Source of the DNA: Podarcis cretensis
Lineage: Eukaryota
Direction: 5' to 3'
Length of the DNA: 64,000 nucleotides
Assembly: GCA_951804945.1 (NCBI GenBank)
Contig: OX638162.1
Location: 25,358,001 to 25,422,000, forward strand
Position 1 is the stretch's first letter; each line of letters starts with the position of its first letter. Position numbers and translations under genes: made by a program. The notes beneath the pieces were generated by a model that saw only the letters and a program-made list of their open reading frames with translations, did not search any database and had not been told where the DNA came from. Positions 36,527 through 49,716 of the stretch are shown in pieces.

Positions 36527-38077
36527 GTGACCCCGCTTCCCCCGTGCAACCGCATACTGCTAAACCCCTGACTGCGACACTTCCCAGGCCGTGCTCCCCA
36601 GACTCACAAACCCTCTCTGACCCAGCTCTTAGACTTCCTTCTGTCATTTTACCTGGCTAGAATGTGTCCAAGTGTGGTAACACCTCTTGTTTGCCTGGGT
36701 GAGGGATGGATAGAGATGATTGTGCCTGGTCATACTCTCTTTTCCCACACCGAGCCCCGGTATGTGGTCCTCATGAGGAAATGCATCCCTTGGAATGGAA
36801 AGGGCTCCCCACTGCTGCCTTAGTACTTTATACTATACAAAGGCATATATATATCAAATCTGTTGCTCGTATTAGGCAACGTCCATCACTGAAACATACC
36901 CTCTGCCTCAGAAGGTTACCCACAAGGGAATGTGACCTTCAGGCTGAAAAGGGTCCCATCACCGCTTCCATAACATGGTATTGGTGTCACAGCACAGTGC
37001 AGCTAATCAGATTTGGTGACATGACAACCTTGTTAAGAGCAAACAGAAGACTACCTCTCACTGACTTGGTCAATGGCTGCTGCAGGTAGGGGCTCATAGG
37101 CAAAGCTATCACATTAGGGCCAAGTGCAGGCAAGATATTTGTCTATGATGTGTGACTATGTGCAAAGATTTCAGTGTGTTTGTGTACGTATATTATGTAA
37201 GGCCGCACACCAGATTCTGTAACAAAATGCAATTTTGTTGCTTGCATACAAATAAATAATCAGATTTACCTTTTCCTGATTGTTCTGCACAACTTGGGAA
37301 AGGCCAGCTGCTATATGGATGTTGGTAGACCCATCCCCAAATATTGACAATCTACCAGACACTGCCCACACAATTTCTAGTTCTTACGGCTGCAAATATC
37401 CATTTGGAACTTGTGGTTTTGAATATATGTTATCAGGACATTTGATTCTGCACCTAATACTAGATTTTGTAGCAGGATTTATATGCTTGCCTGGAAATGT
37501 AATGTAAACTTTACCCTAGAGTTAATGGTGACTACTCTTCCATTGCCAAGAAAGGGGACAGATTTGCAAATAATTTGCACATGCTAGTTTATATGCATAT
37601 ATCCCAATGTAGGGAGAATGGTTTTTATCCAACTGAGTTTGACTCACAGTAGACCAATTAAAATTAATGAGTATATCTAATTTAGGCCCCTTGATTTCAA
37701 TAGGTTTACTCTAAGTAAAATGTCATTGGATGCAACCCAATTTCTATAATTTGAACAGAGATTTTGCCACAGTGGGAAAGAATGTGACCAGGAGACCTGT
37801 TTGCTCCCTCAGTCTGCTTTCCAAATGCTGTTAACTGAGGGTGGGGGACAAATTCTAAGCCCAAGCTCTTCCTCCCTATGGTTCTTTATCTCCAAATTAG
37901 ACTTAGACCTCCAAATAGAGGTGCAATTTAACTCCACATGGCTCTCTGAAATATAAATAACCCATTCCTCCAGACACATACACAGCCCATCATAACAAGG
38001 AGCATTTCACAGTCATCTACTGAGAAAAGTCATTTATGAGAACACATTTAATTCTGTGAGAAGGCTTAGCCACTTAC

Positions 38078-38197
38078 CACAAATGCTATCACACTCCTGA
38101 CGGGAGATTCCCACAGAAAGCAGCTTTGGAGAAACTGTATCATGTTCCATATTGCCATAGTGATTCTTTTCACACGGTCAACGTTCCTTGACAAGAT
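38078..38197 (-). CDS. MCTP2: MCTP2 window-exon 9 (120 nt, phase 0-0)
   Basis: Acceptor ctcaccag|ATC, donor GTG|gtaagt. Translates to [40 protein letters not shown]. Confidence 0.97.
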
Positions 38198-38585
38198 CTG
38201 GTGAGCATGAGGTGGGAGGGAAAAGAAGATTCAAAACAAGGAGGACTTGAAAAACAAAACAAAAAGGAACAGGGGCATGGTAAAAAAATTCTAAATAAAT
38301 AAATAAAGCAAGCTCTTGCATATCTATCTAACCTTTCTGCCTGTGGAAATGCCCTCTCTAGTTAAGCCTGTGTGCTTGGAATGCGTCAACAAATCTCTTT
38401 ATTCCTCCCTGACTATTCCACCAACGCTAAAGGACAAAATGATAGGAGACAAATATTGAAGGGAGGCAGGTAGCCACAGCAGGACGATCACTGGCTGGGA
38501 GGTAGGTACCAACGTTAGCCTCCCCAGCCCTTTGCCACCGCACCATTAAAACAGCAGCCTGATGTAGAGGCAAGTTTTGGCTACC

Positions 38586-38822
38586 CAGAGGCAGAGCTAC
38601 CTGCTCCGGCACCCGGAGTGGCGCAGGGGTGGGGCTAGCCAGCCCATGAGCATCCCTAGCTGCCCGCCACCTCCGTGGCGAGCATCGGGGGGCGCTAGCC
38701 TCCCACTGCCCATGGCGAGTGTCCAGGGGGCATGGCAAGCATGGGGGTGTGCCAATGTCGCCCCTCCCGGGATGACACCCAGAGCGGGCCACACCCCCTG
38801 TAACCCCCTTCCTCCGCCAGTG
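38586..38822. mobile_element. GC-rich hAT-type MITE
   Basis: Imperfect TIRs CAGAGGCAGAG / CTCCGCCAGTG, 8-bp TSD tggctacc/tggccacc. Confidence 0.65.
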
Positions 38823-39285
38823 TGGCCACCTAGCCTGACTTGTGAAGAGTAAAAACTTTGCCACAGCTGTAGCTGATTTCAGGGGCAGAGGGCATGGTAT
38901 TTATTTGGAAGCGATTGTGGATGGTGAGTTAACACCAAATGAGCTGTTCGAGAGAGGAGGTCACAGTTTTGGGTCTCGCCTTTGGCATGCGATGAGGCTG
39001 AGGGAACTCCCCGTGGCAACTGGCTGTTGACTTGCTCCTAGGTCAGAGACTGGAGCATGTAATGCATGTAAGTGAGTTAACCCAATCTGCAAGTGAGAGG
39101 TGGATTTCTGGGGAGCCACATCTGTAGTAAGAGCCTGAATGCAGATTCAGGACAACTGGTGAGTTTTTGATGATTTTGCTATTTTATATTGTTTTGATTG
39201 TTTTAGTGCATTTATTGCAGCTCTCTTTCGTATCAATAGGCTGTGCAACTGTCTGGGAGCCCTTAGACCAAAAGCAGTCTATGTA

Positions 39286-39527
39286 CAGTGGTACCTCGGG
39301 CTACAGACGCTTCAAGTTACAAACACTTCAGGTTACAGACTCCGCTAACCCGGAAGTAGTACCTCGGGTTAAGAACTTTGCTTCAGGATGAGAACAGAAA
39401 TCACGCCGTGGCAGCATGGCGGCAGCGGGAGGCCCCATTAGCTAAAGTGGTACCTCAGGTTAAGAACGGTTTCAGGTTAAGAATGGACCTCCAGAATAAA
39501 TTAAGTTCGTAACCAGAGGTACCACTG
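39286..39527. mobile_element. pogo/Tigger-like MITE
   Basis: TA|CAGTGGTACCTC ... GAGGTACCACTG|TA. Confidence 0.9.
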
Positions 39528-39689
39528 TATATCTGAAACAAACTAAAGAGTTCCAATTTGGAACTCTCCTTATGTTTAAAACAAAACCTTCATGTTCTGT
39601 GGCCACAAACTATTGTTCCTTATGTACAAAATTTAGTTAAAACCACAACAAAAAAGTCAAAGACAATCCCAGCTGAGAGACAAACATAC

Positions 39690-39764
39690 CTTCTTTGAAA
39701 ACTTGCGGTTGTCTTCCAGAAACCGCCTTTCGCGTGGAAAAAAGGTTCTGATACTGGCTTTTAC
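39690..39764 (-). CDS. MCTP2: MCTP2 window-exon 8 (75 nt, phase 0-0)
   Basis: Acceptor ctttcaaag|GTA, donor AAG|gtatgt. Translates to VKASIRTFFPRERRFLEDNRKFSKK. Confidence 0.96.
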
Positions 39765-40025
39765 CTTTGAAAGAATATAAATAATTGCATGACTTTGGTG
39801 TTTATGTTCAGATGCTCCATCTTGGTTTGGTACTTCAGCAACCAACTCTTTTAACCCATCCAACTTGTGAAGATTAATAGATCTCCTAGCACCAAACTCC
39901 CCTAACCATTTTATCCAGACAACAAGCCTGCGAGGTAGGCCGGCTCATTGGCAGAGTATCTGCTCTGGAAGGCAGCTCCCTATGTTCCTAGGAAAAGGGC
40001 GATTCTCTGAAGCCATTCAACTTAC

Positions 40026-40127
40026 AGGATTAAATAGAACATCCAGCTCCAAGTAGATGACACCTTTTGAGGGAAGTTCCAGGTCTTTGTTCTTCAGTGT
40101 GTAGCAACTTTGCTCACCATTTCTAAT
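40026..40127 (-). CDS. MCTP2: MCTP2 window-exon 7 (102 nt, phase 0-0), end of C2C
   Basis: Acceptor tttgcag|ATT, donor CCT|gtaagt. Translates to [34 protein letters not shown]. Confidence 0.97.
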
Positions 40128-42189
40128 CTGCAAATTGAAAGAAATAAAAAAAAAAAATGAGAAAAAGATAAGAATCTCAACTGAATATCACTGAGTGCGC
40201 TTCAGTTTTCACAGCAATGCTATAGGGCCCACACTGGAGAGACAGTGCTTTTGTTTTATATGCAAGCAGAGCATGAGCAGAGGCAAAGAGATTCCCATAG
40301 AGCATCCTGCATGAGCATCCTTCATCCTAAGGTGCTATGCGTGCATCCAACTCATAAGCCTCTGAGTGCTGCTCATCACCACAATGGGGTGAATGCTGGC
40401 TGAGAGAAGAGGGAAAGTCCAATTCCTATTTAATAAACAGATTAAATGCCAGCTTTGGGGCTTCTGCACCTCATTCTGCTACAGGCATCAGTTCAACGGC
40501 TAAAGAGTACTCTGCTTGAATTTCTCTTAAACTGGAGAGATCATGCCCTAAAAGAGCGTAATTGGCTAAGAAAACAAAAGCAGAGATTTAAAATATCAGG
40601 GTCCAGCTTCACATTAGGGGTATTATTCTTTACTGAAGCAAGTCTAAAACATAACACAGAGCCAACAAGCAAAACACACTCCAGAACCCCATCAGCCAGT
40701 AGGGAATCATTCGCTCCAGTTATTTACAATTTTAAATAGTTATTTTCCTTCCAAATAGCAATAGGCTGTTTGGCTGGACAACTGATGAAGCAAAGTTACT
40801 ACCAAAAAACCCATAAATTCAATGATGAATTTAGGAAAGCCATCATCTCTCAGTCTCCGAACACCCTACCTCCTCTGTCTCTGCAATACTGAAACCATCC
40901 TTGCAAGATTGCTGTAGATATGGAATGTGAAGCATGTGGAATATTTAAAATGCTGAAGACCACTGTACAATACCTTCCAACTGTTTCTGATACAAAACCA
41001 GAAAATGTGTCTTCCAGGACACACTCCCAGGCTTGTGCACCTTGCTCTGGCCCCCCAAAAGCACTTTTGGGGAGCCAGATATTATGTGGTGTCCAGAAAC
41101 ATGCAGTTCTGGGTGCTATGCATGATCACAGCCCCTTTTTCAGGATGAAAACAAGGTGCGAGAGAGATCGTGAGATTGTGATGGACAAAATGGCCGCCGA
41201 GATCTCATATGAAGAAACAGGATGTCTTGTTTTCTCCCCACAGAACTTGGAAAGTATACACTGTGTTGAGACTTCCAAGCTCCATCGAATACCATGGCCT
41301 ATGGTCCTAGAAGATATCAAAAATCAGCCAACTATATGCCAGATTTCCCAAGGGAGGCTCACTTGGTGCCTACGTTACATATCTTTAGTTGCCAGGAAAG
41401 AAACAGTGAGTCTTGTTAGGGGGCTTTTATTCCCTCACACAGCTACAATTCCCAAAGTTCCCCATGAAGAGGGATTGATAGTTCAGCTACTCTGGAAATT
41501 GTAGCTCTCTGAGGGGTGCAGGTAGGCCTTCTTTCCCCACCCGGAACTCACCACAACCTCTCAGGTGGGCGCCATTGCCATTCTAAAAGAACAGAGGAGG
41601 TATTCAGTGGTGAGAAGGGTATCATAGCCCTTTAAATGTATGGTGTGAATGTGGCCAAAGAAACTAGACGAAATAGTTTGGAATTTTCTCACATCGCAGA
41701 CACACAAGGAGAGACTTCTCCTCCCCTCCCGCTGCCTCCTCTTGCCTGCCTTGTTATGCAAATCCTGAGGGACACTTGACAAATGTCTATAAAATCAAGG
41801 AGGGGGTGTGGAATCAGAATCTAACATCTTCTCACTGTCATCTCACACAGCCGGCTGCCTCTCGCATAGACCATTTGGCAGGCGCCTGCTCTCCAGGAGA
41901 CCAGCTGCTCACACCGCTCCTGTCCAGTAACATCAGGGATACGAGGACTCAGGGAGAAATTAACAGAGTCATCAAAAATTGAATAAAAGATGTTAAGGAG
42001 TTGTTCCTTCCCTGTAAACATCAAACGGCCCGTCACATGATGCAGGCTGTTAAAAAAAAAAAGTCTGAGCAAGCATTGAGCAGCTATAGCCTGTACAGAA
42101 GGGGCTTAATGCAGTCCCAAAGTCAAGGACATTGTGAAAAAGGGGGCGCTGGTGCTGTGTTCAAGGTCGAAAGAGAAATATGAAGCTTG

Positions 42190-43156
42190 ACTGTTAGAAT
42201 CCAATACTAAGAATTTGTCAAAAATGTATAACTTGCTGTTGAAATGGAATACACAAGATGAAACGGTTAAGTCAGCCATGATTAAGTGGGCACAAGATAT
42301 TGGTCATAACATTATGTTTGCTGACTGGGAAAGGTTGTGGACCACCGGTATGAAATTTACGGCATGTAATGCCTTGAGAGAGAATATTATGAAAATGATA
42401 TATAGGTGGTACATGACCCCAGTCAAGCTGGCAAAAATCTATCATTTGCCTGATAATAAATGCTGGAAATGTAAGGAAAGTGAAGGTACATTTTTTCACC
42501 TTTGGTGGACGTGCCCAAAGATTAAGGCTTTCTGGGAGATGATATATAATGAATTGAAAAAGGTATTTAAATATACCTTCTTGAAGAAACCAGAAGCTTT
42601 CCTCTTGGGTATGGTCGGCCAACTGGTGTTAAAGAAGGATAGAACTTTTTTTATGTATGCAACAACAGCAGCAAGAATACTCATCGCAAAGTATTGGAAG
42701 ACACAAGATCTACCCACCTTGGAAGAGTGGCAGTTGAAGATGATAGACTACATGGGACTAGCAGAGATGACTGGCAGAATCCGGGACCAGGGAAAAGAGA
42801 CGGCGGAAGAAGAATGGAAGAAATTTAAGGACTATCTTTGGAAACACTGTAAAATTAATGAGTGCTAGAATGACGTGGGTTCAGAAATTAAGTGGTTTTC
42901 AGCGGTATTGACTAAGAAAAAAGAAAGGAAAAGTGAAAATTACCTTGAAAATAAGGGAGAGGATTTGTTGAATTGATAATACAGAAATTGGAATACAGAA
43001 GGGGGAGGTATGAGGAGGTCGGGGAAGTTAGGTACATGAAAATAAGGGATTGAAATTATACTTGTTTGTTTGTTGTTTGTTTTGTGTTTTTTATTGATGT
43101 GTTTTCTTTTTGTGTAATATTTGAAAATTTAATAAATACCTTTAAAAAAAAAAGAG
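42190..43156 (+). mobile_element. 5'-truncated L1-clade LINE (ORF2 C-terminus, 3'UTR, poly-A)
   Basis: Stop-free frame 42191-42868 with CCHC knuckle CWKC-x8-HLWWTC. AATAAA at 43131, A-tail, 18-bp TSD agagaaatatgaagcttg (42172-89 and 43157-74). Confidence 0.93.
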
Positions 43157-44059
43157 AGAGAAATATGAAGCTTGGAAGTGATAAAACTACCGTTCTAATC
43201 TAAAAAAATTAAGGCTTGCATCCAACCAAGGTACTATACGTATTGTTGAGGAAACCCCAATCTCCATGCAGCAAGAGACTTCAAGGGTACCTGTACGTAA
43301 CCAGGGTTCAGTTTTCCTAGAATGAAGGTCAACAGAGACTGTATCTATAGGACATATGGTTTTATTTACACATATATGCAATCCAAGCATAGGATGGGGG
43401 GGGGGCCCTCAGCATTTACACCCCGGCAGATTTTGCTTTCCCACTGGGGTGAAGCCTTAAGTCACAACACAGAGCATCAGTCAAAACTCCCTCACACAGA
43501 CCCCCTTAGTGTATTGTTCTCCATTCTAGGATGATGCGGCCTCCAGCCAGGTAAGGTAGGGGAAAGTCCATCTGTTTGTCTCTATGGCAACAGGACAACT
43601 CTTCAGATATGCAAGTGATAGTACTTAACTGGCCAGCTAAGGCCATTATCTTTCAAAGCAACTAGTCTGACCAGTTCAGCATGTTTCCACTTATAGATTC
43701 TAACCTCATATACATAGGATCACAGATTTCAAAGGGACTCATGGGTATCATCGAGATGGACCCTCTCAAACCTATAACGTTATAAAGCAGTATCATAACA
43801 CTTTAAACCGTCGTGGTTTCCACCCAAAGAAACTTGGAAACTGTAGCTTGATGAGAGTGCAGAATATTGTTAAGAGACTCCTATTCCCCCTATAGAGCTA
43901 CAATTCCCAGAGTTCCCTGGGAAGATGGATTTACTGTTAAAGCACTCTGGTAATGCCAAATGCCCACCCCACCCCAAAAATACCCCTTGGCATCCCACCA
44001 TAAACACCATCAAAGATAGGCAAGGCTAACTGCTGACCTAGCCTTTGCGTGTTCAGACA

Positions 44060-44950
44060 CAGAAACCTCCCCCCTAAATAAATTCAAACTTGACTCAAAT
44101 TTTTGGTTTGGTTTTTGGCAGAATTTGGGCCACAACTTTTTTGATTACAGAAAATGACTGGTTGCATAGGCTCTGGTTCGACTAGCTCCCTGCCATGCAG
44201 GTAGCGCTGATCCAGGGTTCCACCATAGGTCAGCCAAGGGTGAACACCTGGATAAGCACAAAGCCGGGGATGGGCTAACTCTGCCACCCAAATGTCCCCC
44301 TGGACTCAGCATGGGCACAACCCCCTCTCAGGGGTTGACCAAACCATCAAGTCCCTGGATTCCTTTAACGGAATACCCTTCACATAGGGATGGTAAGAGC
44401 ATTCTCCCATCCCTATCACCTGAACCACAGCCTATCCGCAAACTTACAAGTTGTGACGATTTGCTACACAGCAGGCGAAACCCAAATGGCAACAGCCAAT
44501 CAGCCAAGCAGAGGAAATTGCTGATGTGCCCCTGTCCCAACGACAGACAACACACGACAGCATAACAAGGTTAAGCGCAAGCCCTAAAGGTAGGGAGAGG
44601 TGGGCGGGTGTTTCAATGCATGAGCCAAAAGAGGAAGCTCTGGGTCATGTGCATGGTCATAAATAAGTCCCTCAAACCGTTTGGACTGCGTCCCATTGGC
44701 CAGATTGCACCCAGCTACGAGGGACCTACCAATCGGGTGTTGTGGTTGACCAATCATACCCACTCACAACACAGGGTGTCGGTCTCCAGGTCTCATGGCA
44801 ATACGTGCCCTCTTTAAGGGAGGGCCCGATTTGTGGAACTGAATGCACATCTGTCATGCAAAATGCCACGAAAGGGAAGAAGGTGCCTTCAGAGGTATAG
44901 CGTGGGCGGGGTGAGGGAGTGGTCATTGCCCCAGGCACGGTTTCTTCAAG
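44060..44950 (-). mobile_element. probable DIRS/Ngaro-like or LTR-like non-coding repeat
   Basis: GC-elevated block with CCAAT and GC boxes. Minus-strand AAAAGTTGTGGCCC resembles recalled Ngaro-type terminal repeats. No TSD or ORF found. Confidence 0.35.
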
Positions 44951-45666
44951 GGCGCATTTTGCTCCTCACACTGCCCCCGCCAACCCCACACTGCTTTGCG
45001 AGTCTGATTGCACACCCCAGCTTCGCAAAGCAGCATGGGGCTGGGAGGGCATCAGGAGGACACAACAGGCACACACCCTCCCAATCAGTCCAATCCAGAC
45101 TGATTGGAAAATGCCTGCCTGTCCTGCTGTGTCCTCCTCATATTGCCCTCCATACCCTGCTTCCCCCCCCCAGCACAGCTGTGCACACCTGCCCTGGGCA
45201 CCATGAGGACATGTTCCACCACACAATGAAAGGGAAGAACACTCATGACTTCTCTTTAAATATTAAGTCCATTTTCACTCATAAATTGGCAACAACAGGC
45301 ACCTAAGAGAGTTCTGAAAACACCTGGAGAAAAATGTGTAGCAACTCATTTGGTACTACTCACCTGGAGTACAAAAAAATAAAGGTAAGAAAGAAGAGAT
45401 AGCATAATATTATATTCCAAAGGGAAATCAAGCTGATGAGCCAATGTTATCTCCGTTCTCTTTCTCTCAATTAATCACAGTATTTGACTGAAAGGCTACC
45501 CCACTTGCAACATAAAGGACCATCATAAATACTGACTGAAGCTTATGAATCACAAAGCATTTTGTTCTTTTCAGCACAGTTCCTACATGCAACAGGCTAG
45601 GTAGCTATATCCCACTGAAACCATCAAGACAGGAGCAATAACGCAGAGCCGAAGAGAAAAACTCAC

Positions 45667-45769
45667 AGACAGTAAAGGGATCGCAACTTTGCCCAGGAAA
45701 TCGGGAGGCTTATCTCCATCTTCATCAAACACCGTCACTTCTAGAACATCGTGGATGTCTTTAACGGGG
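45667..45769 (-). CDS. MCTP2: MCTP2 window-exon 6 (103 nt, phase 2-0), C2C
   Basis: Acceptor ctcaccag|C, donor TCT|gtgagt. Translates to [34 protein letters not shown]. Confidence 0.98.
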
Positions 45770-46441
45770 CTGGTGAGATTCACAGATACAAAGGAATGAC
45801 AAAAGTCAAGATCTAAATGAACGTAATGTATGTCTATGTAAGAATTTAAAAGTTCACAAAAAAGAAGTCCATGGCAAGAGGCCAATAGAACATACAATAA
45901 TAACCAAAATACCTTATGTGCTTTACAACATTGCAATGCAAACACAGTGTGCTATGTCACATAAATAATTTCTAAAACTTAAGAGGTGTATCTTTTCAGG
46001 AACCACTCTATTCCTGTAATGGTAATTTGTCTTAATTTGTTTGATATTCTGAGTTTTAAATTACTGTAGCACACTCCAAGCCCTGCTGGTTAAAGGTGGG
46101 GAATAGATAAAGGAGGGTTGCAAAAGATGTATTTTGAAAAAATGCATTTCGACTTAAACATTTTGACATCAGTGGCATCTAAGCTAAATAGCATCATTCT
46201 TTGCATGGCCTCAGTTAATTCTAATAATATATTGTGCTGCTGTAGTTCTAGAAAAAAAAATTATGCAGAACTCCTCTGCAATACAGAAATAGGCAAGCTT
46301 CCATGATTCTTGAATCAATGCTGATCTTAAATTGTCTTGATAAGTTCTGTGAACTGGTTTTAACCCTGCTCTATGGAATCTTTCAATGAAGGCTGGTGAA
46401 TAACTACCTTAAAACAAAGTTTCAGATGCAAATCCACTTAC

Positions 46442-46544
46442 AATGTGAAGACCTGGTTCCATTCTGGATTAAGGTTTTTGTAAACAGTGTAACTCTGAAG
46501 TCTGCCATTCCCCAGCTCCAACACACAAAAGGGGTCACTTTTGC
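46442..46544 (-). CDS. MCTP2: MCTP2 window-exon 5 (103 nt, phase 1-2), C2C
   Basis: Acceptor ttcccag|GC, donor ACA TT|gtaagt. Translates to [33 protein letters not shown](F). Confidence 0.97.
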
Positions 46545-47975
46545 CTGGGAAGGAAAGCCAGATATATAATTTGTTAGTGCATTATTTGACCACTGAAGAA
46601 AAACTTGCCAGTTATCTTGGTAAACTGCTTGACGACACTTTTCCTCATTTCAGAGCTTCCAATATAGCCTTTTCAGTAATGCATTTTTTTGCTTGAGTTG
46701 CAGGAATCGCATATTAGAAAACCTTTCAACTATTGAAAAGTTCTACTCAGCTAGCAGAGGGCTATGTGAGGGCAACTGGAAAATGACTCTGCTGCAGGGA
46801 AATAAGTTATTGCAAAACAAGAAAACAGCGCTGCGCAAATGGTATCCTTTCCTTGCAAAACTCGCTCATTTACTGCCCCAGCACGTTAAAGAGGCAGCAT
46901 TTTCCTTACAACAGTCTGCTCAAAGTTGTGCTGTCGCTGTATGAATAATTTCTGTACTTATTGAAATGTTGTCGTTGCTGAAAAATGTTTTGCAACCTTA
47001 TAATTTTAAAACAGGCTTTATCATGTTTAAATTGTGTACATTTGTTTTTATAAATCGAGTGGGGATCTATGTTAGATGAAAGGCAGCTTAGAAGTTGTGC
47101 AAACTAGTAGCAGCAGCTAAAATAAGTCTTGGGAACTCACGCCCAGGTCTAACTTTTAGAGCGCTATGGCTGTAGGTCATGAGTGGGGAATCTTTATCAG
47201 CCTTATGGGATGCATACCAGTGGTGGGTGGAGCCAGAGGCAAATGTGGGTGGAGCAACAGGTGCGACTCTACTTTGTATAGTACATTCGTAGCTTGGAAG
47301 TCGAACGGAATCCATTCCAAAAGTTTGTTCAGAAGCCCCATCGGACATTCAGCTTCCCAAAAAAATGTTCAAAAACCAGAACACTCACTTCCGGGTTTGT
47401 GGCATTTGGGAGCCAAAACGTCTGAGTTCCAGGGCGTTCAGGATCCAAGGTATGACTGCAGATTGCATTGTACTGTGCCCTGAACATACTATGCCCTGAA
47501 CGTACTATGAAAAAATGAGAATCTCTTCTGCAGAGAAAGTGGAGGACAAATTCCAGCACAACAATATGTTTGCTAGCTTTCGTTCTGTGTTAATGTGTAT
47601 ATGAATCTTACTACACATACTATTGCCAGACTTTCCCTGACCCATAACACTGGGCCCTGGTTTACTGTGTGTGTGGGCCCCCTAAATCAGTTGTATTTGT
47701 TTTTATGTTTTCATACTGTTCTATTGATTGAAACCCATATTTGTTGTTTAGATGACTTGTTAGTATCCGCCTGTCTCAGGAGACCATGGAGGTGTGCCTT
47801 TGCGGGTGAAGTCAACCTGATGGAAGGTTGCAGTGCCTGCTGTGGCTGTAGAGGTCGATACGGGAAAGACATGTTTTGCTGCAGCTGAGGCAGGTGAAGG
47901 TGTCCAGTTGTGTTGATGCAAGCACACCATCGCATTTCTTCTCTTGTTTTTACATTGTACACCGTTTGCAATGCT

Positions 47976-48652
47976 TAATAATAATAATAATAATTTTTTA
48001 TTTATACCCCGCCCTCCCTGGCCAGAGCCAGGCTCAGGGCAGCTAACGCCAGTAAAATTACAATAAAAACATAATAGGAAAAGAAAAAGAAACAATTTGA
48101 AATATGGGTTAAAATACAATTTAAAATGCAGCCTCATTTTAATAGTACATAGATCAAAACCATAAGGGGAGAGAAACATAAGGGTCAGATTGAGTCCAAA
48201 CCAAAGGCCAGGAGGAACAGCTCTGTCTTGCAGGCCCTGCGGAAAGATGTCAAGTCCCGCAGGGCCCTAGTCTCTTGTGACAGTGTTCCACCAAGTTGGG
48301 GCCAGTACTGAAAAGGCCCTGGTCCTAGTTGAGACCAATCTAACCACCTTGCAGCTTGGGACCTCCAAAGAGTTGTCATTTGTGGACCTTAAGGTCCTCC
48401 GCGGGGCATACCAGGAGAGGCAGTCCCATAGGTACGTGTGTCCTAGGCCGCATAGGGCTTTAAAGGTCAAAACCAGCACTTAAAACCTGACCCTGTACTC
48501 CACCGGGAGCCAGTGCAGCTGGTAAAGCACTGGATGAATGTGATCCCATGGCAAGGACCCTGTAAGGAGCCTCGCCGCAGCATTCTGCACCCGCTGGAGT
48601 TTCTGGATTAGCTTCAAGGGCAGCCCCGTGTACAGCGAGTTACAATAATCAA
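47976..48652 (-). mobile_element. L2-clade LINE 3' fragment
   Basis: Remnants VLTFKAL.GLG..YL..CLSWYAPRRTLRS..RAFSVLAPTWWN, FRRACKTELF, and a (TTA)n tail. Confidence 0.88.
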
Positions 48653-48858
48653 ATTAGAGATTTGAAAAATGTTAAGCAGTTTAGAAAAGTTTGAAGTACA
48701 GCATGATCACATCTTACAAGGGGGTTCGGTTCCAAGAGTTCTGCATATGCATGAAAATCACATGTACCCAAACCTTGGTGCAACCCAATGGCTAGCAGGT
48801 GAGGGGAAGAGAGAGAGAATCCTTAGTAGTTCCACAGCCAATGCACCAAGCAAACCTT

Positions 48859-49109
48859 GAGAGCCAGTGTGGTGTAGTGGTTAAGAGCAGTATACTCGTA
48901 ATCTGGTGAACCGGGTTCACGTCCCCGCTCCTCCACATGCAGCTGCTGGGTGACCTTGGGCTAGTCACACTTCTCCGGAGTCTCTCAGACTCACTCACCA
49001 CACAGAGTGTTTGTTGAGGGGGAGGAAGGGAAAGGAGATTGTTAGCCGCGTTGAGACTCCTTAGGGTAGTAATAAAGCGGGATATCAAATCCAAACTCTT
49101 CTTCTTCTT
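48859..49109 (+). mobile_element. Squam3-like tRNA-derived SINE, full length; 3' half copy at 53471-53606 (minus)
   Basis: Head GAGAGCCAGTGTGGTGTAGTGGTTAAGAG, core GCTGGGTGACCTTGGGCTAGTCAC, (CTT)n tail. Confidence 0.85.
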
Positions 49110-49622
49110 GCCCAGCAAGCAAGGTGGAGAGCTTAAAATCTATTTCCATGCTAGCATAGGTGCCAACTCCCTGGGGCCCTTGGTGCCAGAACTCCTACAA
49201 AATTCCCCATGAAGGAGCCAGGCACCCACAAATTTTGGTGCCAGTGCCATGCATAATGCATGGCATCGACAGCCTCAGGTACCCACAGTCATGGGGCCAA
49301 GCTGGCACTCCTGCATGCCAGGTAACCCCCAAAGGAACCCAGAGCAAAAAGAGATTTTTGGATTTAACTTGCATGATTTCAGCCAGCCTGCCTTCAACCA
49401 TGTATCTTTGAAATCACACAAGTTAAACACATGTAAGATGTGATCATGCTGTATAAATAAATATGAAAGACTCATACACTTTTAAAAAATGCCACTATCA
49501 TATATGTATTCTCTTTGGTATTTTCTATTTTTCATAAGATAAAAAAGGGGTCAGCACTGGGAACTTCTACTATAACATGTTGGGGGATATAATCTAAAGT
49601 CTAGATCAGCAATATTTCATAC

Positions 49623-49716
49623 CAGAAAAATCAGCAGCCAACAGATCAGCAGCTTTTAATACTTTGACTTGCAAAAATCCAATATCCTTTATGTTATGGA
49701 AAGAGTTCCTTATGCA
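49623..49716 (-). CDS. MCTP2: MCTP2 window-exon 4 (94 nt, phase 0-1), start of C2C
   Basis: Acceptor ttgcag|TGC, donor TCT G|gtatga. Translates to [31 protein letters not shown](G). Confidence 0.97.

Noticed and set aside
40920-41504. 194-aa plus-strand ORF
   Set aside because: It has no domain similarity and ends inside a palindromic dispersed repeat.
42215-42868. 217-aa ORF as a host gene
   Set aside because: It is the C-terminus of L1 ORF2, bounded by a TSD and poly(A).
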